Below, in pieces: positions 15,120 to 22,380 of a stretch of DNA of 24,000 nt. Each line of letters starts with the position of its first letter. Within the stretch, counting starts at the first letter, position 1. Below the pieces are notes generated by a model. That model did not search any database. It was not told the origin of the DNA and saw nothing but the letters and a program-made list of their open reading frames with translations. The DNA lies in contig NZ_NEUE01000141.1 of the NCBI RefSeq assembly GCF_002910905.1, positions 18,883-42,882 on the forward strand, written 5' to 3'. The position numbers and the translations under genes are program-made. The stretch comes from Streptomyces sp. SM11 (GTDB taxonomy: Bacteria > Actinomycetota > Actinomycetes > Streptomycetales > Streptomycetaceae).

Positions 15120-15644
15120 CTAGCGGACCCAGCCGGTGAAGCCGCGACCGCCCGAGTCCTTGCCCCGGCCCGGCGCGCTCGCACGCCCCCCGCCGTCGAC
15201 GGAGACGGAGACGGCCCGCACGAGCCAGGCGTTGACCGACAGCCCCTCGGCCGCCGCGGCGCTCTCGGCCCGGCCCTTGAGGTGAGCGGGGAGACGGAGG
15301 TTGATCCGCACCATGGTGCCGTCGTCGGCCTCCGCGGCCGGCGGCGCGGCCGCGACGGGAGCCATGACCGGCTCCCGCGCCTCCCGCACCGGCTCGGGCA
15401 CCGGCGGCGGTGTCACCACGAACTCGGGATCGAGCCCGCGCAGCCGTACGTCGACCGAACCGGGCGCAAGCTCCCGGGTGACCTCACCCATGGCCGCGGA
15501 GAGCACGTTGAGCAGGGTCAGCCGGGCGGCGGACTCCAGGGGGGCACTGAGCCGCTCGGCCAGGGCGCGGGCTTCGTCGCCGCCGGCATCCGCGGCGACG
15601 GCGAGTTCCCGCCGGAGATTGTCGACGTACGGGGTGAGGTCCAT
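15120..15644 (-). CDS. ribbon-helix-helix (Arc/CopG, HicB-like) domain protein
   Basis: ATG 15644 lies within ORF-track 15120-15740 (MDLTPYVDNLRRELAVAADAG...). Helical N-domain, Pro/Ala linker, then an RHH segment TMVRINLRLPAHLKGRAESAAAAEGLSVNAWLVRAV and a basic Gly-rich tail. Confidence 0.8.
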   Translation of the reverse strand: MDLTPYVDNLRRELAVAADAGGDEARALAERLSAPLESAARLTLLNVLSAAMGEVTRELAPGSVDVRLRGLDPEFVVTPPPVPEPVREAREPVMAPVAAAPPAAEADDGTMVRINLRLPAHLKGRAESAAAAEGLSVNAWLVRAVSVSVDGGGRASAPGRGKDSGGRGFTGWVR

Positions 15645-15655
15645 GACGCCATCAT

Positions 15656-15921
15656 GGCACACGCATGGCGCCATGGCGAGCCACTTTGGCGCACAGCACA
15701 TCAATAGGCCACTGACCTGCGAAGCCGCCACCACGAACACCGAAATGGCACCGCGTGGGCACCTCGAACGACCAAGGGTGGCACCACATCAACGCCATGT
15801 GGCACCACCCAGCACACCCATGACTCCTCGCGGCACACCCGGACCCGCCGCCAGAGCCGGGGCACCGACGGCAAGCGCCACGCGCACGACGCGAGGCCCG
15901 GCACCCGGAACCTCCGGGCAC
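15656..15921. promoter_or_regulatory. GGCAC(C) motif array plus 12-bp perfect palindrome upstream of the RHH gene
   Basis: GGCAC at 15656, 15747, 15758, 15780, 15801, 15832, 15861, 15900 and 15917. The exact decamer GTGGCACCAC occurs at 15778-15787 and 15799-15808, 21 bp apart. Perfect palindrome CATGGCGCCATG at 15664-15675, 20-31 nt upstream of the ATG at 15644. Confidence 0.35.
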
Positions 15922-16068
15922 ACCGCCGCCGCCCCCAAGGCCCTGGCGGCGGCTCTCCGTACGGCGTGGGTCCACCGACCGTCCGAGACGGCGGACAGGA
16001 AGGGTTCACGGCACGCGCGAGCGAGCCGCGGCGCACACCACGCCAGCGTCTTCGGGACGGGCCGGAGG

Positions 16069-17502
<1,434 letters not shown>

Positions 17503-17670
17503 CTAGACCCGCACCCCGAGGTCCTTCCATCCACAGCGCGCGAGCGGCTCGGGCGCAACCGTGGCCGACCGGCTATCCGCCGGCCGCGAGGACGGCGTGC
17601 TGTGTGCGGCGCTTCCCGTGTACCGGCGCACCCAGCCCTTCCGGGCCGCCAACGGGCGCCTCATCACCGC

Positions 17671-17707
17671 AAAAGGCCAGGTCACGTACTACGTGACCTG
17701 GCCTTTT
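17671..17707 (-). terminator. rho-independent terminator downstream of tRNA-Thr
   Basis: aaaaggccaggtcacgt (17671-17687), a 3-nt loop, then acgtgacctggcctttt (17691-17707): a 17-bp perfect stem flanked by A/T tracts on both sides, so it could act bidirectionally. On the minus strand the stem is followed by ttttg. Confidence 0.8.
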
Positions 17708-17711
17708 CCTG

Positions 17712-17785
17712 AGCCTCCTGTCGGATTCGAACCGACGACATCCGACTTACAAGGTCGGAGCTCTGGCCAGCTGAGCTAAGGAGGC
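17712..17785 (-). tRNA. tRNA-Thr (anticodon TGT)
   Basis: The reverse complement folds as a canonical 74-nt cloverleaf. Acceptor GCCTCCT/AGGAGGC, D-stem GCTC/GAGC, anticodon stem CCGAC/GTCGG with loop CTTGTAA, T-stem GTCGG/CCGAC with loop TTCGAAT. CCA is not encoded. Confidence 0.9.
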
Positions 17786-18061
17786 AAGGGCGCACGCCAG
17801 AAGCGCGCACCAAGACGCCACAACTCTACACAGCCCCACTCCCCCACGGACAGGCATATCGGGCGGCCGTAACCTCCCACTCACCTGTTCGTTGAACGCA
17901 CTGAAGTGCCATCCGACTATCGGACAGAGGGAGGGACCGCGGTCGAGGCCGCAGGGGAGGACGGACGGCTCCGCGTCAGCGGCGCAGAGGCCAAGCGCGT
18001 CAAACGCGAGGCGTTGGGCGTTCCTGACCGGGTCAAGCATCAGCAGCGGGTGGCCGTGCCG

Positions 18062-19342
18062 ATGCAGCGGCGGACACCGGAGGCCGACACCCGCCAGCGT
18101 GTCTACCGGTACCGCTGTTATCCCTCCCCCGCCCAGGCCGAGCAGCTGATCAAGACCTTCGGTGCCTGCCGCTGGACCTACAACGAGGGCCTCGCCCTGC
18201 GGGACAAGGCCTGGCGCGAGCACCGGGTGGCGCTCGGGTTCGCCGACTCCTGCCGGGCTCTCACAGGCTGGCGGAACGCCGAGGGGACGCGATGGCTGCA
18301 GGAGGTCTCCTCGACCGTGCTCCAGCAGGCGCTCCGCCATCTCGACGCCGCGTTCGGGCGGTTCTTCAAGGGCTCGGGGAGACAGCCGAAGCGTAAGAAG
18401 AAGGGCCGCTCCCGTGACTCCGCGACCTATGTCCGTACGGGCTTCCGCTGGGGGGAGGACACGGAGCGGCCGGGCACGGGGCTGATCGCGTTGGCCAAGC
18501 AGCCCGGGCCTCTGCGTGTCCGGTGGTCCCGGCCGCTTCCGGCAGGAGTGCGGCCGGTGAAGCTAACCGTGAGCCGTGACCGGGCAGGCCGCTTCTTCGT
18601 CTCCGTGCTGGTGGAGGAGCGGATCAAGCCGCTGCCGCCGGTGTTTCTGCGGGACGGCGGTGGGCCGAAGGCGGTCGGTCTGGACCTCGGGCTGGCGGCG
18701 CTGGTCACGCTGGATGACGGGGAGAAGGTGGACCACCCCCGGCTGCTCAAGAAATACGGGGCGAAGCTCGCGGATCTCCAGCGGAGTCTGCACCGTAAGG
18801 AGAGGGGATCCAGAAACCGGGACAAGGCGCGGCAGGAGATCGCACGGCTGTATGCCCTCATCGCTGACGTCCGTCGAGACGCGTTGGACCAGCTCACCAC
18901 CCGCCTCGTGCGCGAGAACCAAGTGCTCGTGGTGGAGGACCTGGCCGTCGCCTCTCTCGTACGGTCGCCAAGGGGTAAGGGCCGTCGGCGGAAGGCGGGG
19001 CTGAACCGGGCGATCCTGGATGCCGCGTGGGGTGAGTTGCTGCGCCAGTTGCGGTACAAGTGCGCGTGGTACGGCCGGACGCTGGTCATCGTCGACCGCT
19101 TCTTCCCCTCGACACGGCGCTGCTCCGCATGCGGGGCGACGGGGCCGAAGCTGGATCTGTCCGTGCGCAGTTGGTCCTGCGACGGATGCGGTGCAGTGCA
19201 CGACCGGGATGTGAACGCCGCGCGGAATCTACGCGAGGAAGGGCTGCGGTTGTACGGGCTGGTGGCGGCGCTTCCACCGGGGCGGGTGATGCCGTCGGTG
19301 ATCAAGGCATCCGAGATGCCGGACGTGGTGCTGACGGCATAG
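18062..19342 (+). CDS. tnpB: TnpB (IS200/IS605-family RNA-guided DNA endonuclease)
   Basis: ATG 18062 lies within ORF-track 17906-19342. N-terminal RVYRYRCYPSPAQAEQLIKTFGACRWTYNEGL. RuvC-I GLDLGLAALV, RuvC-II LVVEDLAV, zinc finger CSACG...CDGCG, RuvC-III HDRDVNAARNL. Confidence 0.9.
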   Translation: MQRRTPEADTRQRVYRYRCYPSPAQAEQLIKTFGACRWTYNEGLALRDKAWREHRVALGFADSCRALTGWRNAEGTRWLQEVSSTVLQQALRHLDAAFGRFFKGSGRQPKRKKKGRSRDSATYVRTGFRWGEDTERPGTGLIALAKQPGPLRVRWSRPLPAGVRPVKLTVSRDRAGRFFVSVLVEERIKPLPPVFLRDGGGPKAVGLDLGLAALVTLDDGEKVDHPRLLKKYGAKLADLQRSLHRKERGSRNRDKARQEIARLYALIADVRRDALDQLTTRLVRENQVLVVEDLAVASLVRSPRGKGRRRKAGLNRAILDAAWGELLRQLRYKCAWYGRTLVIVDRFFPSTRRCSACGATGPKLDLSVRSWSCDGCGAVHDRDVNAARNLREEGLRLYGLVAALPPGRVMPSVIKASEMPDVVLTA

Positions 19343-19560
19343 TCGGCGTGAGGCGCCCAGAGACCTGCTTCGGGCGCGGCAGGTGGATACGTAGGAAAGT
19401 GTGCAGCCGGACCGACGGGCCGTCGGCCGTGATGCCTGTGGAGTCCGTGTGAGACCGGCGGGGTGTCGCCTTCAGGGCGGCATCCGGTCGGCGGTGGGTG
19501 CCGAAGCAGGAAGATCCCTCTCCAGTCAGGGACCGGGCCAAAAGACAGTTGCTCTGGCAT
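19190..19560 (+). ncRNA. candidate TnpB omega-RNA (reRNA) scaffold; extent not determinable from this window
   Basis: By analogy with characterised TnpB systems, the guide RNA overlaps the tnpB 3' end and runs to the element's right end. Stable stems seen at 19363-19384, 19408-19429 and 19453-19489 (nested, asymmetric bulge). Coordinates are approximate. Confidence 0.3.
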
Positions 19561-19716
19561 CGCCCGCCGGGTCACAGGGCCATTTTCGTGACCCAAGAGG
19601 TACTGACAGAACACATGAGCGCCAGGTAGCGTCACGGCAGGTTCGCCTCTGTGGACCAGACCACTCCCTACTCGGATCGTCCGGCACGTTCCTGCCGGTT
19701 GAGGAGAAGATTCAGC

Positions 19717-20853
19717 ATGGCCAGTGTCACGTTCGACAAGGCGTCCCGCGTCTACCCCGGCTCCACGAAGCCGGCTGTGGACCAGCTCGAAATCGACATC
19801 GCGGACGGTGAGTTCCTCGTCCTCGTCGGTCCCTCCGGTTGTGGCAAGTCGACCTCCCTGCGCATGCTCGCGGGTCTTGAGGACGTCAACGGCGGTGCGA
19901 TCCGCATCGGCGACCGCGACGTCACGCACCTGCCGCCGAAGGACCGGGACATCGCCATGGTGTTCCAGAACTACGCGCTCTACCCGCACATGTCCGTCGC
20001 GGACAACATGGGCTTCGCGCTGAAGATCGCCGGTATCAACAAGACCGAGATCCGGGCGAAGGTCGAAGAGGCCGCCAAGATGCTGGACCTCACCGACTAC
20101 CTGGACCGCAAGCCGAAGGCGCTCTCCGGTGGTCAGCGTCAGCGTGTGGCGATGGGCCGGGCCATCGTGCGTGAGCCGCAGGTCTTCCTCATGGACGAGC
20201 CGCTGTCGAACCTCGACGCCAAGCTCCGTGTCTCCACGCGTACGCAGATCGCCTCGCTGCAGCGCCGCCTCGGCATCACCACCGTGTACGTCACCCACGA
20301 CCAGGTCGAGGCCCTCACCATGGGCGACCGGGTCGCGGTGCTGAAGGACGGGCTGCTCCAGCAGGTCGACTCGCCGCGCAACATGTACGACCGCCCCGCG
20401 AACCTCTTCGTCGCCGGCTTCATCGGCTCCCCCGCGATGAACCTCGTCGAGGTCCCGATCACCGACGGCGGCGTGAAGTTCGGCAACAGCGTCGTCCCGG
20501 TCTCCCGCGAGGCGCTCTCCGCGGCCGCGGACCGCGGTGACACCACCGTCACGGTCGGCATCCGCCCCGAGCACTTCGACATCGTCGAGCACGGTGGCGC
20601 TGCCGCGAAGTCGCTGACCAGTGACACCTCGGACAAGCCGGCCGGTCTCGCCGTCTCCGTCAACGTCGTCGAGGAGCTCGGCGCCGACGGCTTCGTCTAC
20701 GGCGGCGCCCAGTTCGCCGGCGAGCACAAGGACCTGGTCGTCCGGGTCGGCGGCCGTGACGTCCCGGAGAAGGGCACGGAGCTGCACGTCGTCCCGCGCC
20801 CGGACGAGCTGCACGTCTTCGCGACCTCCACCGGCGAGCGTCTCACCAACTGA
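19717..20853 (+). CDS. msiK: multiple-sugar ABC import ATPase MsiK
   Basis: ATG 19717 with GAGGAGAAG RBS. MASVTFDKASRVYPGSTKPAVDQLEIDIADGEFLVLVGPSGCGKSTSLRMLAGLE..., LSGGQRQRVAMGRA, FLMDEPLSNLDAKLR. MalK-type C-terminal regulatory domain. Matches my recollection of Streptomyces MsiK closely. Confidence 0.95.
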   Translation: MASVTFDKASRVYPGSTKPAVDQLEIDIADGEFLVLVGPSGCGKSTSLRMLAGLEDVNGGAIRIGDRDVTHLPPKDRDIAMVFQNYALYPHMSVADNMGFALKIAGINKTEIRAKVEEAAKMLDLTDYLDRKPKALSGGQRQRVAMGRAIVREPQVFLMDEPLSNLDAKLRVSTRTQIASLQRRLGITTVYVTHDQVEALTMGDRVAVLKDGLLQQVDSPRNMYDRPANLFVAGFIGSPAMNLVEVPITDGGVKFGNSVVPVSREALSAAADRGDTTVTVGIRPEHFDIVEHGGAAAKSLTSDTSDKPAGLAVSVNVVEELGADGFVYGGAQFAGEHKDLVVRVGGRDVPEKGTELHVVPRPDELHVFATSTGERLTN

Positions 20854-20879
20854 CGTCCCGCACCCCGTGCCGTACGCAC

Positions 20880-20917
20880 GGCCCCGCACCCCTGGCGACG
20901 TCCAGGGGTGCGGGGCC
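20880..20917 (+). terminator. terminator hairpin after msiK
   Basis: ggccccgcacccctgg (20880-20895) pairs with ccaggggtgcggggcc (20902-20917); a 16-bp perfect stem followed by gtttg. Confidence 0.7.
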
Positions 20918-21090
20918 GTTTGCGTGGTCGCGGCTGGTTTGGGTTTCGGTGCCGGGCTGGGTCAAATACCCCGGCACACAGGGCATTTCGCTCCGGTTCG
21001 TCAACCTCGTATTCGAAAGGACGCGTCGAACCATCCCCCGCAAGGGTGACGAATTGTCGCCAGGCCGTCACTGGCCGCTACGCTCGCTGC

Positions 21091-21504
21091 GTGACCCACA
21101 CCGCGCGCCGCATCGGCCGATCCCTCGCTCTCGTCCTGCCCGTCGTCATGGTTCTGTCCGGGACCCTCGCGGTCACCAGCGTTCCGTGGGCGGCGTCGGA
21201 CAACGACTCCCAGCTGCTGGCCGCCTCCTCGGAGACCGTGTCCAAGCCCGCGAAGCCGCACGCCCCGCAGGACGTCCTGCGCGAGAAGCTGCTCGTGGAG
21301 CTCCAGGAGAAGGACCCGGGCGCCGCGCTCACGGGCCTCCAGCGCGCCGTCGAGCGGCGCCCGTCGCTCGCCCGCCACTGCATGTCGATCGCGAAGGCCC
21401 TCGGCAAGGCGGCCGTCGAGCAGTACGGCCCGACCCGTGCGCACCGCTTCTCCCGGCCCGTCTGCGACACCTCGTTCGCCTCGGGCGTCGCCCAGTTCAG
21501 CTAG
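21091..21504 (+). CDS. small secreted hypothetical protein
   Basis: GTG 21091 lies within ORF-track 20908-21504. N-terminal signal-like RRIGRSLALVLPVVMVLSGTLAVTSVPWAAS. High GC3. A possible leaderless arrangement, with TACGCT (21079-21084) 6 nt upstream of the GTG. Confidence 0.7.
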   Translation: MTHTARRIGRSLALVLPVVMVLSGTLAVTSVPWAASDNDSQLLAASSETVSKPAKPHAPQDVLREKLLVELQEKDPGAALTGLQRAVERRPSLARHCMSIAKALGKAAVEQYGPTRAHRFSRPVCDTSFASGVAQFS

Positions 21505-21578
21505 TCCCTCTCGTTTGGATCACGCCGGGCTCGCGGAGCGCCGCCGTCCGTCGGCGGGCACCGCATATCGTGCCTGCC

Positions 21579-22295
21579 ATGCATACGTATCCGACTCAGG
21601 CCGTGATCCTTGCCGGGGGCCAGGGGTCGCGGCTGCGGCCGTACACCGACGACCGCCCCAAGCCGATGGTCGAGATCCCCGGGACCGGGACTCCGATCAT
21701 CGGCCATCAGCTGTCCTGGCTGGCCGCCGAGGGAGTCACTGACGCCGTGGTCTCCTGCGGGCATCTCGCCGAGGTGCTCCAGGAGTGGCTGGAGGCGGCC
21801 GTTCTGCCGCTCCGGGTCACCACCGTCGTGGAGACCGAGCCGTTGGGGCGCGGCGGCGGGCTGAAGTACGCGGCCGGGCGGCTGCCCGATCCGGAGCAGC
21901 CCTGGTACGCCACGAACGGCGACATCTGGACGCGCTTCTCCCTGCGTGAGATGGCCGCGTTCCACGCGGAGCGCGACGCGACTGCCACCCTCGCCCTCGC
22001 CCGGCCCCGGATCCCGTGGGGTGCCGTGGAGACGGACGCGTTCGGGCACATCACCGACTTCATCGAGTCGCCGCCGTCCCCGTATCTGATCAACGCCGGG
22101 GTGTACGTGTTCTCGCCCGCGTTCACGAAGCTGCTGCCGGACCGGGGCGACCATGAGCGGACCACGTTCCCGCGGCTGGCCCGCGAACGCCGGCTGGCCG
22201 GGTATCCGCTGCCGAACGGGGCGTACTGGCGGGCCATCGACACGGCGAAGGACCTGACCGAGGCGGCCCGCGAGCTCGGCTCCCACACCACCTGA
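21579..22295 (+). CDS. sugar-phosphate nucleotidyltransferase (NDP-sugar pyrophosphorylase family)
   Basis: ATG 21579 lies within ORF-track 20949-22295. N-terminal AVILAGGQGSRLRPYTDDRPKPMVEI signature, followed by GRGGGLKYA and INAGVYVFSP. Confidence 0.85.
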   Translation: MHTYPTQAVILAGGQGSRLRPYTDDRPKPMVEIPGTGTPIIGHQLSWLAAEGVTDAVVSCGHLAEVLQEWLEAAVLPLRVTTVVETEPLGRGGGLKYAAGRLPDPEQPWYATNGDIWTRFSLREMAAFHAERDATATLALARPRIPWGAVETDAFGHITDFIESPPSPYLINAGVYVFSPAFTKLLPDRGDHERTTFPRLARERRLAGYPLPNGAYWRAIDTAKDLTEAARELGSHTT

Positions 22296-22310
22296 CAGTT
22301 GCCTGTGCGC

Positions 22311-22361
22311 GCCGAGGGCGGCCCCCACCCGGTTGTTCCGTCCGGGTGGGGGCCGCCCTCG
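22311..22361. terminator. 21-bp perfect hairpin between convergent genes (bidirectional terminator candidate)
   Basis: ccgagggcggcccccacccgg (22311-22331), loop ttgttccgt, ccgggtgggggccgccctcgg (22341-22361). Confidence 0.7.
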
Positions 22362-22380
22362 GTGCTGTATGCGGTGCGGG

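Larger units (their letters stand above)
17900..19560 (+). mobile_element. IS200/IS605-family (IS1341-like) element carrying only tnpB; boundaries approximate
   Basis: Contains tnpB but no tnpA. Both ends are guesses: the left end is placed after a candidate tRNA promoter -10 (TAGAGT on the minus strand, 17823-17828), and the right end before the msiK leader. No terminal inverted repeats are expected for this family. Confidence 0.4.

Noticed and set aside
15120-15644. HicB-like RHH protein considered as the antitoxin of a HicAB toxin-antitoxin pair.
   Set aside because: No small HicA-like ORF is adjacent on either side. The downstream partner is a 296-aa DUF4097 protein followed by an ABC pump. 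A TA assignment is therefore unsupported.
15745-15810. TGGCAC motifs read as sigma-54 (-24 GG / -12 GC) promoters.
   Set aside because: No TTGC/-12 element follows at the required 5-nt spacing. To my knowledge Streptomyces lack RpoN. The repeats are better explained as a regulator-binding array.
17906-18061. The 52-codon in-frame N-terminal extension of the tnpB ORF considered as a tnpA remnant or a longer TnpB.
   Set aside because: No HUH/Y1 or serine-recombinase motif is recognisable. TnpB homologues begin close to the YR(F/Y)R(L/C)YP motif, so ATG 18062 is preferred. A degraded tnpA C-terminus cannot be excluded without a database search.
19302-19541. 79-aa minus-strand ORF in the tnpB-msiK spacer.
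   Set aside because: It has no coding periodicity or RBS. The region is dominated by hairpins consistent with non-coding RNA or IS-end structure.
17712-19560. tRNA-Thr as the attachment site of an integrative genomic island.
   Set aside because: The tRNA 3' end faces argG, not the tnpB side. No integrase gene and no duplicated tRNA 3' segment were seen. The adjacent element is a simple IS-type tnpB unit.
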